Below are positions 29,069-39,189 of a stretch of 64,000 bases of DNA, piece by piece. The stretch comes from a virus, in the IMG/VR virus record IMGVR_UViG_3300027839_000001, positions 1 through 64,000 of that record. One strand, 5' to 3'. Position numbers and translations under genes: made by a program. Under the pieces are notes generated by a model. That model saw only the letters and a program-made list of their open reading frames with translations, made no database searches and was not told the DNA's origin. The stretch's first letter is position 1; each line of letters starts with the position of its first letter.

Positions 29069-30742
29069 ATGGCAGACCTGCGTAAGATCATCATAGACGA
29101 GCCTGAAGAGACAGCCGAAGTCGGTGCCATCGAAATGATGGGCGTACCCATCAGGGAGTTCGCATTCAGCACTGTCGACACTGCGTTCACTAGCGGCAGC
29201 AGTACAGGAGGCAGCGGCACAAGAATCAGGAAGACGACTCTTGATCGCTTGATGAATGACGCCACCCCTGCGGCCAAGCACACGCAGATTCGACGATCAA
29301 TGGAGTGGTCAGAGAGGGATGACCTAGTCCAGGGACTGGTCAGAGTCAAGACTGACTTCACTACATCAGGCTTCAACATCGCCTGCGCTCCAGAAGTTTC
29401 CAGTGGAAATGAGAACGAGGTAGAGTTCTCTGCGTTCGAGGTAAAGCTCGCAAAGATCAAAAGGAAGTGGGACTTCTACGCCCTCACCAAGAAGCTTCTA
29501 AGCGACTGGTTCACATGCGATAGCATGATTCTGTACTGGAAGATCGACCCTAAGTCAGAGGGATCTCAGTCATCATCTGCGTCGGTGCCGCCAAAGCCAC
29601 GCTCAAGGGAGGCACTTGTCCCTGGCCTACAGGACATCACCGCCCTTAACCCAGGCGACATCGACTGGAATAATTCGTTTGGAAACGATGTACTAAGGGT
29701 TGCAATTCCCATAGAGATAAGAAACAAGATACAGTATGCCCTTCGCCTCTATACAAAGGCAGAGCGAGAAGAGGCCCTCATGGCTCTCGTCAACGACGAA
29801 GGCATACCGTTCGCATACATCAAGGCCGTGAAGACCGGCGACAGTATGGTTGCGTTGAACAGGGAAGACGGCCACAACTGGATAGTCAAGACCAACAACA
29901 GAAAGCATCACGGACTAGCCAAGCCATCCATGGCTAACATTTTCCTTCCGCTGGAAACTCGAAACAACTGTACGGACGGCGACTTCGCTACATCGTTCAT
30001 GATGAAGCACTTCATGCTGCACGCCAAGATGGGTGAGTCCATAACCCAAGGCCCTCTTGCTGGACAGAAGAACAACTGGGCCAAGCAGGATGATATCGAC
30101 GCACTTACAACCAAGCTCAAGGACACATCACAGGCCGCCAAGATAGTAACGAACCACACGGTGTCCTTCGACTTCATCTTCCCTCCCAACGACATGTTCT
30201 CTGGTGAGAAGTACAAGAAGCCAGAGGAGAGAATCTTCAACTGGGCAGGTGTTACCGTAGTGGTGTTCACTGGTGACGGTGGCAATTACGGCAGTGGATT
30301 CCTTGGAGTCAAGAGACTCATGGCTCACTTAGTAGACGCAAGGACTGAAGTAAAGTGGGTGCTATCTGAGTTCTTTGATCACGACAGCATAGTTGATCGA
30401 ATAGAAACCCCAGAGAACTGCGTTGTCTCGGCAGGCTTCGATGAGAACGTCCTCAAGGAACCAGCACAGCTACTAAATGAGCTAAGGTTCCTCGCAGAGT
30501 ATGCATGGACAGATCCACGAACAGCACACAAGGAGCTTGGAAGAGATCCTGATTCTACACTAAGGCAGAAGGCGATATCCAAAGCAGAGGAAGAGAAGAC
30601 AAAGCTATGGTCATGGCCCGAGCCGCCCGATCCTTTCGGAGACAAAGGCGGTGAGCATCAGAACCCAGGTAGACCCGGCGTAGATGGAAACCCTGACGCC
30701 AACGAAGGTACTAGAACACAACCCCCAGCAGGAGCATCGTAG
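29069..30742 (+). CDS. portal protein (putative)
   Basis: ~560 aa directly after terL; size and position typical. Confidence 0.65.
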   Translation: MADLRKIIIDEPEETAEVGAIEMMGVPIREFAFSTVDTAFTSGSSTGGSGTRIRKTTLDRLMNDATPAAKHTQIRRSMEWSERDDLVQGLVRVKTDFTTSGFNIACAPEVSSGNENEVEFSAFEVKLAKIKRKWDFYALTKKLLSDWFTCDSMILYWKIDPKSEGSQSSSASVPPKPRSREALVPGLQDITALNPGDIDWNNSFGNDVLRVAIPIEIRNKIQYALRLYTKAEREEALMALVNDEGIPFAYIKAVKTGDSMVALNREDGHNWIVKTNNRKHHGLAKPSMANIFLPLETRNNCTDGDFATSFMMKHFMLHAKMGESITQGPLAGQKNNWAKQDDIDALTTKLKDTSQAAKIVTNHTVSFDFIFPPNDMFSGEKYKKPEERIFNWAGVTVVVFTGDGGNYGSGFLGVKRLMAHLVDARTEVKWVLSEFFDHDSIVDRIETPENCVVSAGFDENVLKEPAQLLNELRFLAEYAWTDPRTAHKELGRDPDSTLRQKAISKAEEEKTKLWSWPEPPDPFGDKGGEHQNPGRPGVDGNPDANEGTRTQPPAGAS

Positions 30743-30743
30743 C

Positions 30744-32561
30744 ATGCCTTTCACACTTGACGATTTCATACACAAGATCGGCGCTCCTGAGTCAGGCGAC
30801 TCTCGGGAGAGAGTAGTAGGAGACAACGCCTCCGTCCAGACCATGGACGTTGGTGAGATCAGGGACATGTTTCCAGATGTCCAGTTCTCTGATTCGCCAA
30901 ACATAATCTACTTCCCGATGAAGCTCTGCCATTCGCTACCTACAGTCAACAAGAAGCGACGGTGCTTCACCACCAAGACCCTGGCAAACTCCTTTGCTTC
31001 CGCTCAAGACAGCTTGATTGATATCGAGCATTCTCTTATTGACAATGGCATCTCCTCTCGCGATGAGATCTGTGGTCACATCAAAGCAGTGGCTTATGCC
31101 AAGGAAGGTTTACAGTGGAAAGAAGTTGCAGACGCAAGCTCGATCCCAGACAGCGCAGTCCCCTTGTACGCCCTCGGTGCCTTGTACATGCGGCACTCGA
31201 AGATCCCAGACATAGTTAAGAACCACTTGACAGGACGCGAGCAGTGGAAGGTTTCGATGGAGTGCGGGCACAAGTGGTCCGATGCGGCCCTCTACTACCG
31301 AGACGAGTTCATTCCATTTGCCGACGCAGATGGTGACATGCTTGAATGCGTTCACGGCAATGGAGTCAAAGACTACAAGGGTCACGAGATGGCAGTAGCC
31401 CTGGGTGGTGTCGACGGTAAGGTAAGCTTCTGGGGAGCAGGTATTACCACCTCCCCGGCAGATGATACCAGCGACGTACTGGCAATGGTTGCTGGCACCA
31501 GTCTCGAAGTCGCATCATCCAGCAGCGGAAAAATCTTTCTTCCACTAAAATATAAAATTTTTAGTGGTGAAGAAAATTGCGTGGAGGTTGCCAGCGTAGC
31601 TGTCGATACAATGATTAACGATTTAGCTAGCATTGCCATAATCGGCAAGACACAGCCTGGAGATGAAGACGGGCACGTTCATGAAATTCTTAGCGACGGA
31701 ACGATTTTGCCGTCCAATGGTCACGTACATTATCTACAGAACATGAACTTAGTGAGGGGCAACAAGCCTAAGCTCACTGGACGAACCGACACTCACCACA
31801 GTTATTGGCGAGATCCTCAGGGCACAGAGCATTCTGAGGTTCATCTGCACATCGTTGACGTGCCGCTCAGGGGTAAGAACAACTCTGGCGACACAGTTGT
31901 ACCAGAAGAAGCATCCTTACCCGGAGACATCGAAGTGAAATTCAAAGATCTATTCAAGAAAATGGAAGACGCAACTAAAAAGATTTCCAGTGGAAATCCG
32001 GTAGACGAGGCGACTCAAAAAGAGTTCGCAAGTCTAGTCACTGAGATGCGTCAGTCGTCCGTACAGGCAGACTTTGACGAGTCAGTCAAGAGTGAGATCG
32101 CCAGCCAGATTGAAGGCGGCGAACTCATGACTAAAGAGCAGCACGAAACTATGCTTAACGAGGCTCTTGAGTTGAAGCAAACTGAATTTGATGCAGTCAA
32201 AGCATCGGACGAAAAGCATGCATCGCGACTCAAGGAAATCTCAGACATCGGAGTCAACCTTGAATACAAGTTCGAGGAAGATGACGAAGAGACAATCGAA
32301 GAACAAGTTAAAGCCATGTCGCACGACGAAGCTGGCGACAAGATGTTCAAGAGAACGATCAATCTCCTGAAGCAACTGGCTAAGGCCGCAACCTCCGAAG
32401 AAGAAGTTGAAGAAGTTGAAGTCGTCGCTGATACTGCGAGCGTCAACAAGAAGGTTCAACTACTGGTAGGCGCTGGGTCAACTGAACAGGCCGCTGAAAC
32501 GGCAAGCACGAAAGTAACGAAGAGTCTTCGTGGACGAAGTGCAATCTCTTACGCTAAGTAA
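30744..32561 (+). CDS. prohead protease/scaffold protein (putative)
   Basis: N-terminal domain with IDIEH and VSMEC, His-rich linker, acidic coiled-coil C-terminus; between portal and capsid genes. Confidence 0.65.
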   Translation: MPFTLDDFIHKIGAPESGDSRERVVGDNASVQTMDVGEIRDMFPDVQFSDSPNIIYFPMKLCHSLPTVNKKRRCFTTKTLANSFASAQDSLIDIEHSLIDNGISSRDEICGHIKAVAYAKEGLQWKEVADASSIPDSAVPLYALGALYMRHSKIPDIVKNHLTGREQWKVSMECGHKWSDAALYYRDEFIPFADADGDMLECVHGNGVKDYKGHEMAVALGGVDGKVSFWGAGITTSPADDTSDVLAMVAGTSLEVASSSSGKIFLPLKYKIFSGEENCVEVASVAVDTMINDLASIAIIGKTQPGDEDGHVHEILSDGTILPSNGHVHYLQNMNLVRGNKPKLTGRTDTHHSYWRDPQGTEHSEVHLHIVDVPLRGKNNSGDTVVPEEASLPGDIEVKFKDLFKKMEDATKKISSGNPVDEATQKEFASLVTEMRQSSVQADFDESVKSEIASQIEGGELMTKEQHETMLNEALELKQTEFDAVKASDEKHASRLKEISDIGVNLEYKFEEDDEETIEEQVKAMSHDEAGDKMFKRTINLLKQLAKAATSEEEVEEVEVVADTASVNKKVQLLVGAGSTEQAAETASTKVTKSLRGRSAISYAK

Positions 32562-32618
32562 TTGCTGAAGAGACTCATGCCATACCTCACACCATCTACC
32601 AAGAAATAGGAGAGCATC

Positions 32619-33197
32619 ATGCACTTCGGAGATTCACGATTCAAACATGTTTCCGGTAGCTACGACTACTGGGACAGTGCAAAGACAACCGAACTTGACC
32701 TTAGTGTAGCCGACGCTAATGTCGGAACTACTCAAAAGGGCAAGGGCGTTACGCTAAAGGACAACGACGAAACAGAACTTGCCTACGCTGAAGTCGGAGA
32801 CTTTTTCCTCGGCTTCATGCATCACTCGATCAACCTCAGTGGAACCACTGATGAAACCGGGTTCAAAGAATTCACCATCGGCAAGCTTGATATCCCCAAA
32901 AAGCGTGGAAGCCCAGTGTCCATTGTCCTGCCAGCGCCTGGATCTATCTGGGAGTTCGAGGGAACTGGAATCACGTCTGTTGACAATCTAGTCACCGATT
33001 CTGGTACTGGACTGCTCGCAACTGGCTCCACACTTCGTTCGCCGCTGACTCAGAAGAATGGTTGCTGGCAAATTGCCGTAGCAACGGACGTGATTCACGC
33101 CCATCTCCTACAAGCCAACCTTACTCCAGAGAATGCTGCTGAAGTTCGCATTCGAGTGCAGATCTGCTCGCCACATCTGTTCGTAACTGAAACGTAA
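32619..33197 (+). CDS. capsid decoration/cement protein (putative)
   Basis: 192 aa, beta-rich, directly upstream of the MCP; AGGAG RBS. Confidence 0.5.
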   Translation: MHFGDSRFKHVSGSYDYWDSAKTTELDLSVADANVGTTQKGKGVTLKDNDETELAYAEVGDFFLGFMHHSINLSGTTDETGFKEFTIGKLDIPKKRGSPVSIVLPAPGSIWEFEGTGITSVDNLVTDSGTGLLATGSTLRSPLTQKNGCWQIAVATDVIHAHLLQANLTPENAAEVRIRVQICSPHLFVTET

Positions 33198-33269
33198 AAG
33201 TTTCCACTGGAAAACCAGAGATACAATTTTCAAAATAGATTATAATAAATTTCCATTGGAGCTATAAAC

Positions 33270-34538
33270 ATGGCAGGAAAAAGCCACCTCCGCAATCTGC
33301 GAAGAGACGCGGAAAAGAATTTTCAAGGAGGCGGTGAGAATATCACAGCCTCCCCTATCAACTCAGCAAGCCCTACCCAGATGGTAGCTGAAGCCAAGCG
33401 CGGTGAGCGAGAGTTCGCTAGCATCCCATGGATGCTTCCAGAGAATGCTCGCATGCTTGACCGTGAGTACGCAAGCTACCGAGATGAGCGATTCGACCTG
33501 ACGAATCAGGACGACTTGCGAGAATACCGAGCGTTGATGGTTGCCGCTGCTACGAATGCAGAAGCTGCACGAGACTTCGCTGCTTATCGAAACTTCGAGA
33601 TCTCCGCCGACGTAATGGCTACGCCATGGTCGATGGGAGCCTTCCAAATGGTGGATCTCTCGGCAGACGAACTGCCAATGATCACTCGACCGCAAAGCCG
33701 GAACTTGAATGAGTTCACGGTTCGCAATGTCGGTGTTGATGGCGGTAGTCGTCGAGCGCAATGGCGAACAACGAAAGCCGCGACAACTTTGGAGATGGAT
33801 TATCTCCAGACGGATCGCGTCAATTACCCTCTCGTTGACCTCCAGCAGGGCGACGTATCTCAAGCAGAAGCAGTGCGACAAACACTTGCCTATGACCTTG
33901 AGATGCACTTGGACGCCTTGGCATTGACTAACATCGATGCCGCTGAAGTAGACAGTGGACTTCGTGACTCGCTGAACATCCACTCGTCCGTAGATACTGC
34001 AAACATCCCAGACTTAAACCATCTGGACTTGAACGCAGTCGACGTAGCTACTGAACTTTCCATTGGAAAACTCAAGACGATCCTTGAGCATGTTTCCAAG
34101 TTCGGTGCAGCCGGTGGTGCTGATGAGCCAATTAGCATCCAGACGATCATGATCTCGCCGCAGAACATTCGTGACCCATGGGATTTCATTGACCTCGTCA
34201 GTGACTTCAATGATGGCGACCGAGTGAAGCCGAAGGACACTGTCACTTCTACTACGCGTGACTCGATCTTCAGCAGTGGCATGATGACGAGCGCATGGGG
34301 ACATAACTTCTCATGGACTCCGAATGCACAGCTTGCAAAGGGCAAGATGTACGTCCTGACTAGCCAGCCTCTCGGTTGGGCTTTCACCAAATCCGCGTTT
34401 GATAAAACGCTGGTATGGGACGAGAGCAACAGTCCTGACCATGCACAGCGCAACGAAGCAGAGATCCTTCACAAGAAGGCTATCTCGATTCACGTACCCG
34501 ATGAATGGCGATACAGAGTCGTCATCGTCGATCTATAA
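33270..34538 (+). CDS. major capsid protein (putative)
   Basis: 422 aa, canonical position, followed by a strong stem-loop. Confidence 0.7.
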   Translation: MAGKSHLRNLRRDAEKNFQGGGENITASPINSASPTQMVAEAKRGEREFASIPWMLPENARMLDREYASYRDERFDLTNQDDLREYRALMVAAATNAEAARDFAAYRNFEISADVMATPWSMGAFQMVDLSADELPMITRPQSRNLNEFTVRNVGVDGGSRRAQWRTTKAATTLEMDYLQTDRVNYPLVDLQQGDVSQAEAVRQTLAYDLEMHLDALALTNIDAAEVDSGLRDSLNIHSSVDTANIPDLNHLDLNAVDVATELSIGKLKTILEHVSKFGAAGGADEPISIQTIMISPQNIRDPWDFIDLVSDFNDGDRVKPKDTVTSTTRDSIFSSGMMTSAWGHNFSWTPNAQLAKGKMYVLTSQPLGWAFTKSAFDKTLVWDESNSPDHAQRNEAEILHKKAISIHVPDEWRYRVVIVDL

Positions 34539-34557
34539 AGCATCGTTCGTTGGGTCG

Positions 34558-34656
34558 TGGAAGGGGGAAGATCGCAGTCTGGGATTTTCAAAGTGAAAAA
34601 TAGCTTCGGCGAAAAGTAACACGAATTTCTATTCAGTCTCTCCCCCTTCCATTTTT
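34558..34656 (+). terminator. large nested stem-loop with U-tract after the MCP (terminator or structured RNA)
   Basis: TGGAAGGGGGA pairs with TCCCCCTTCCA followed by TTTTT; inner helices and a C-UUCG-G loop. Confidence 0.65.
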
Positions 34657-34675
34657 AACACCAGAAAGCACTCAC

Positions 34676-34927
34676 ATGAAACTGCCAGTAGCTATTCCAA
34701 AAGACTTACTCGCAGAGCTTCAGTCTCAGCGAGGCGAAGCAAACTCAGAGCGAATCGAAATGTTCGACAAGACCTGGGAATGCGGTACTCTAGTTTTTGA
34801 GAAAGTGATAGCCGGTCTTTCCAGTGGAAACTATGTCGGCCACATGGTCTTCAGGGTAGCCACTGGCGGTGAGTCGCTTAATCAGAATTTTGATTTACTT
34901 GAGATATTCACCACCAATACGGAGTAA
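34676..34927 (+). CDS. hypothetical protein
   Basis: 83-aa ORF in the head operon. Confidence 0.65.
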   Translation: MKLPVAIPKDLLAELQSQRGEANSERIEMFDKTWECGTLVFEKVIAGLSSGNYVGHMVFRVATGGESLNQNFDLLEIFTTNTE

Positions 34928-34930
34928 GCC

Positions 34931-35323
34931 ATGAGCTTTACGCATACAGTAACAAAGTCCGTTATTACTGCCAGTGGAGTCGTCTCTGACGTATCCGCAC
35001 AGTACACCGGATCTGGAACGATTGAGATTGACGAGGTGGTTGCAGATGCTGCCACGGACTTCGAGGTCGTCGCAGCAATCGACGTATCCGCAGTTCAGTC
35101 TTTCATTGTGATTTCCGACAAGGCAGTTACATTGGAAACCAACAGCGGAAGCGTACCTGATGACACGCTGGTTCTCGTTGCCAACAAGGCATACCAATGG
35201 GACACCGGCAGCTACAACACGTTCTTGCTGGTATCCGCAGACATCACATCGATCTTCTTCACGAACGCCTCTGGTTCTGATGCAAACATCAAGATCCGAT
35301 GCGTCCTTGATACAACGCCTTAA
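34931..35323 (+). CDS. putative virion structural protein
   Basis: 130 aa, T/S/V/D-rich beta composition; GGAG RBS. Confidence 0.65.
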   Translation: MSFTHTVTKSVITASGVVSDVSAQYTGSGTIEIDEVVADAATDFEVVAAIDVSAVQSFIVISDKAVTLETNSGSVPDDTLVLVANKAYQWDTGSYNTFLLVSADITSIFFTNASGSDANIKIRCVLDTTP

Positions 35324-35343
35324 TAACAAGGCAGGATTGAGCA

Positions 35344-35799
35344 ATGGCAGCTACAACCTTTTCAAATCTGTATGGTTATATACGAGCGGTCTTAGGGGAC
35401 TTAGATGCCCAGAAGATTATGTACTCTAATGATTTCCTACGGTCCATGTTAAGACTTGAGCTGATGACGCTCTGCGACGAGGCGATAGCTGAGGAAGTAG
35501 ACTCAGATCCAGAAGCTTTCACTAAGGAGCTTACGGCGGTACAGCAGGCACTTGTTATATACAGTGTAGCAAGGTCCGTGGTATCGCCAAAGGATAACTT
35601 CTTCCACTACAAGACGCCAGTACTTACCATAACGCGAAAGGGCGGCGCTCTTAACTTGATCGCTCACCTTGACAATCAGATAACCAGACTTTGTGGCGGT
35701 GCATTCCCTATTGGAATGGAAACAGATCTTGAAGCTTACATAGCCCGCGAGAACAGATACTACGACGAGCTATGTTCAGCAATCGCAGAAAGCCCATGA
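35344..35799 (+). CDS. putative head-tail adaptor
   Basis: 151-aa helical protein after the MCP (position only). Confidence 0.45.
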   Translation: MAATTFSNLYGYIRAVLGDLDAQKIMYSNDFLRSMLRLELMTLCDEAIAEEVDSDPEAFTKELTAVQQALVIYSVARSVVSPKDNFFHYKTPVLTITRKGGALNLIAHLDNQITRLCGGAFPIGMETDLEAYIARENRYYDELCSAIAESP

Positions 35800-36059
35800 C
35801 CAAACACCCAGCATCAGAAGTACTTGATACGCAAGCCCGAGCCATAGATAGGGTCATCAAGGGCATGCAGATACAGGTCCTTCAAAATGCTGATCAAGTG
35901 GAAATTTTAATCAATGAAATACTTGCGAAGTTTCCAGTGGAAAAAGGTAAGGCCGGGGAGATGAAGGTTCTCATAGAGCATCTAATCAAAATCCCAGTAA
36001 GGCGAAACGTCGGACTACTGAAAAACATACGCAAGACCATTGATCATATTAACAAATAA
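35796..36059 (+). CDS. hypothetical protein
   Basis: ATGA-coupled to the upstream gene. Confidence 0.6.
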   Translation: MTKHPASEVLDTQARAIDRVIKGMQIQVLQNADQVEILINEILAKFPVEKGKAGEMKVLIEHLIKIPVRRNVGLLKNIRKTIDHINK

Positions 36060-36074
36060 GAAAGGTATTAAGTC

Positions 36075-36764
36075 ATGGCAGAAATCAATTTAACCTATGG
36101 CGCAAAGACAAAGACAGGCAATGAAGCCTGGATTTACTACAGCCTCCAAGTAGGTATCATCAAGGAAGTTCGGACACTCACAGACGCTGGTGTCCAGGCA
36201 TTCGATATGACGAACACAGGCTGCGGCAACCCGATCTGCCCAGACCCTTCGTTCGATGCGTCAGTAATCGAGATTCCAAACACGGGATCGATGGGTAACA
36301 TTCCCCAGCAAGCACCAGTTGGATTCGCCTCGGAAGAGGTAGCAGACCCAACTACAATCGGTGACAGCGTATCGATTGCGTGCCTGCCAAACCCAGCGGA
36401 AGATGAATTGATCTGTTACGATCAAGGATTCTCGGCAAGCCCAGGATTATCGTACCGGCCAATCGCACGAAAGTTCCAGACCGTCGACCATTACGTTCGC
36501 CAGCGATCTGAGAACACACTGTCAATGAACGACCTGTTCGTCAGTAATCGTGATGGACTCCAGAGAATTCAGGGCCGTCCGGTCACGATCATTGTAAAGA
36601 TCTCTCCTGATGGCACCGGCCAGTTCAGTGAGATCCAGTACTACTGTAATGTGATCCTGAATCCTCAGCCGATGAACAGCGGCGGCGATGGAAACGCGAG
36701 CATCGACGTATCTCTCGAAGGCACGTTCGACTTCTTCGCAGTCTTCTCCGCAGCCAAGCCTTAG
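36075..36764 (+). CDS. putative major tail (tube) protein
   Basis: 229 aa, beta-rich, followed by a terminator and then the frameshifting chaperone gene. Confidence 0.55.
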   Translation: MAEINLTYGAKTKTGNEAWIYYSLQVGIIKEVRTLTDAGVQAFDMTNTGCGNPICPDPSFDASVIEIPNTGSMGNIPQQAPVGFASEEVADPTTIGDSVSIACLPNPAEDELICYDQGFSASPGLSYRPIARKFQTVDHYVRQRSENTLSMNDLFVSNRDGLQRIQGRPVTIIVKISPDGTGQFSEIQYYCNVILNPQPMNSGGDGNASIDVSLEGTFDFFAVFSAAKP

Positions 36765-36805
36765 TTTCCACTGTAAACTAATACTGTGCAAGCCTGCTGC
36801 AACCC

Positions 36806-36843
36806 GGCGATGACTACTTCAGGTAGTCATCGCCTTTTTCTTT
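36806..36843 (+). terminator. Rho-independent terminator
   Basis: GGCGATGACTAC-ttcag-GTAGTCATCGCC-TTTTTCTTT. Confidence 0.9.
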
Positions 36844-36853
36844 GGAGAATCAA

Positions 36854-37351
36854 ATGGTACGAATGTTAAACCCAGTTTGGGTAGGACTAGACGCTGAAGT
36901 AGGAGTCTTTCTTGAGGACGATGACGGCGTAGCGACCGGCCTGTCCAACCAGAGCTACTGGAACCACAGAGAGTACGGGTATGATCAGCCGCTATTTGAG
37001 TACTGCTACTGGCAGGACATAAAGGTGGATGCAGTACTGGAAGCAGAGCGAAGGCAGGTCCCAGGTCTTGCAAGCAAGAAGATAACAACCAGAAGCCACA
37101 CATATGAAATAAAGGTCCAGTCATGGTACTTCAAACAGTCGGTAGAGTTTGACGTAAACGATTTTCAGAGCAGGGAAACCAGGCTAACAATAGTGCTTGC
37201 TAACTACAGCCCATACAAGGCCAAGGAGGAGCAGATTTTCCTGAGGGGTTGCATCATCAAGGGTGTCAATCTCAACGTAAAAGAAGGCAACCCCGTACAA
37301 GAAGCTCAGGCTTCATTTTGGGCTGAGTCATTTTGGGCTGAGTCATTCTAG
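36854..37351 (+). CDS. putative tail protein (tube-like)
   Basis: Beta-rich ORF with GGAG RBS; ends in a duplicated SFWAE. Confidence 0.55.
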   Translation: MVRMLNPVWVGLDAEVGVFLEDDDGVATGLSNQSYWNHREYGYDQPLFEYCYWQDIKVDAVLEAERRQVPGLASKKITTRSHTYEIKVQSWYFKQSVEFDVNDFQSRETRLTIVLANYSPYKAKEEQIFLRGCIIKGVNLNVKEGNPVQEAQASFWAESFWAESF

Positions 37352-37414
37352 TGGACGATATAGTATTAACGAGAACATGACCAAACCCTTAACGAACATG
37401 ACCAGGAGAAAAAG

Positions 37415-38476
37415 ATGACGAACCTGAGAGCACTAGGTAAATCCGACGAGCCAGGCGAGGACCCGCAGGACCCGCAGGACCCGCAGGACCCGCAGTTGGC
37501 TAACGAAGCTATCGAAGAGAAAGACCAGTTTACGTACCGCACTCTGAACGTAGGCGGGACAGAGAAGAGATTCAAGTTTCTAGTTGTTGACTCAGCCAAG
37601 AAATGGCATGAAGCAAATTCCTTAAGTTCCGTATTTGAACTCAAGCAGCCAGGGTCGGATCAGGGGATAAAGATTCCATTCAGCGGGATCTCAATGAAAC
37701 AATGGGAGGAAGTCGAGGTAAAGTACCCGATCCCGGAGTGGACTAGCGAGGAAGAAAAGAAAACACAATCATTCATGGACCGAGAGAAGCTCGCGACCGA
37801 CAACAAGATGATAGCCTTGTTTGAAATTTCCAGTGGAAAGGAGATACCCGGCTCGAACATGGAAGAGAAGCGATCCTTCGTCGAACTGAGAAGTCCAGGC
37901 GATTCAGATGCATTATTCCTTTACGTAACGGAAGTAATGTGCAACCTTACTAGCGGTCGAATCATGGACGACTGGAACCTATATTCTTCCCTTTCTGAAA
38001 CTACTCTTGAAGTAACTGAATTGTCAGGATGGGACGACTGGAAGCCAGCATCAGAGACAAAGCATTTCTTCAGGTTCCAACGGCCATTTCAAGATTACAT
38101 AGTTGAGATACCGATGACATCGATAAGCTCAGCAGACAAGGCCATGATTGAAAGCACATGCTCAACGCCAGAGCCACCAAACGGACCCAAGAAATTTCCT
38201 AATGGCAAGTTTGACATGAGCGGCATGGAGCCGAACTACAATGATCCTTCATGGCAACAAGCGGCACGGTCGGTAGCGCAGAAGAGAGCAGTCAAACTGT
38301 TTGAAGCATGCCTTCCTTTCGAGATACCAGGGGATACAGACAAAGACAAGTACAACTGGATTGCACTCAGGATGCCTGGTGATGTATCTAATACCAGAAG
38401 ATTCATCGAAGAGGAAGTTGCGGGGTACAAATCCCGATACGATTTTTTTACTCTAAGCTCAGGCCAGACGAGCTAG
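37415..38476 (+). CDS. tail assembly chaperone (gpG-like) with an internally duplicated domain
   Basis: Slippery T-run near the 3' end with an open -1 frame; two similar halves (IP...IS...FE...EIPG...LRxPGD). Confidence 0.7.
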   Translation: MTNLRALGKSDEPGEDPQDPQDPQDPQLANEAIEEKDQFTYRTLNVGGTEKRFKFLVVDSAKKWHEANSLSSVFELKQPGSDQGIKIPFSGISMKQWEEVEVKYPIPEWTSEEEKKTQSFMDREKLATDNKMIALFEISSGKEIPGSNMEEKRSFVELRSPGDSDALFLYVTEVMCNLTSGRIMDDWNLYSSLSETTLEVTELSGWDDWKPASETKHFFRFQRPFQDYIVEIPMTSISSADKAMIESTCSTPEPPNGPKKFPNGKFDMSGMEPNYNDPSWQQAARSVAQKRAVKLFEACLPFEIPGDTDKDKYNWIALRMPGDVSNTRRFIEEEVAGYKSRYDFFTLSSGQTS

Positions 38477-38694
38477 AGGGATACATATACCACACTCCGA
38501 AGGACCCTGTCGAACAAGTAATGATAAGCCTTGACTTAGTTAAGGGCAGGGTTGCTAAACACTGGGGCTTGATGCCCTGGGAGTTTAGAGAGCTTGAGAG
38601 AGAAAAGGCCGCTGAGTTGCATGCTATCTATCAGGTAGAGCAAGAGATAGAAGCGTACTACAATAGTGAGCAATCAAAGCGTCTCGATAAATAG
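38443..38694 (+). CDS. -1 frameshift extension of the tail chaperone (gpT-like)
   Basis: T TTT TTT at 38443-38449; -1 frame open to TAG 38692-38694 and contains HWGLMPWEFREL. Confidence 0.75.
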   Translation, partial: FFYSKLRPDELEGYIYHTPKDPVEQVMISLDLVKGRVAKHWGLMPWEFRELEREKAAELHAIYQVEQEIEAYYNSEQSKRLDK

Positions 38695-38710
38695 GGAGTT
38701 TCCACTGTAA

Positions 38711-39187
38711 ATGTCTCACACGCAATTCCTGACATCACAAGAGATCACACTCTTGCAGGCAGATTACGATGAGCTACTTGATAGCCCAGAGGCTTCCAGT
38801 ATCACGATAGAATACTACGCCTTTGAGCCACTAGAAGCTGACGACATTGACGATGTGTATGGCACTAACGACAGGGGTAGACGGCCTGTCATCAGTGTAT
38901 CCATCTGCGGAATACACCAGATAGTAACTGACAGGAATCTTGCCTTGCTGTCCTTTGGCATCTTTGAGGTAGGTGATTCAATCTTCTACATCAGAAGAGA
39001 CATCGATCTCCAAGAGGCCCAGGACGGATTTGTTGCAGTTCCAGAGAGCGTCATCTTCATAGACCCAGGTGGGGTACGGTGGGAGCCTGACCTACAGAAC
39101 CTCGGTGCAGCGCAGGACCTACTGAAGGCACGCATCGGTGGAATTCAGATCTGCCAAGCAGTACCATGTCACCTTGAGAAGAGATAG
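38711..39187 (+). CDS. putative head-closure/connector protein
   Basis: 158 aa; DDVYG and FGIFEVGD pattern; position. Confidence 0.45.
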   Translation: MSHTQFLTSQEITLLQADYDELLDSPEASSITIEYYAFEPLEADDIDDVYGTNDRGRRPVISVSICGIHQIVTDRNLALLSFGIFEVGDSIFYIRRDIDLQEAQDGFVAVPESVIFIDPGGVRWEPDLQNLGAAQDLLKARIGGIQICQAVPCHLEKR

Positions 39188-39189
39188 CC

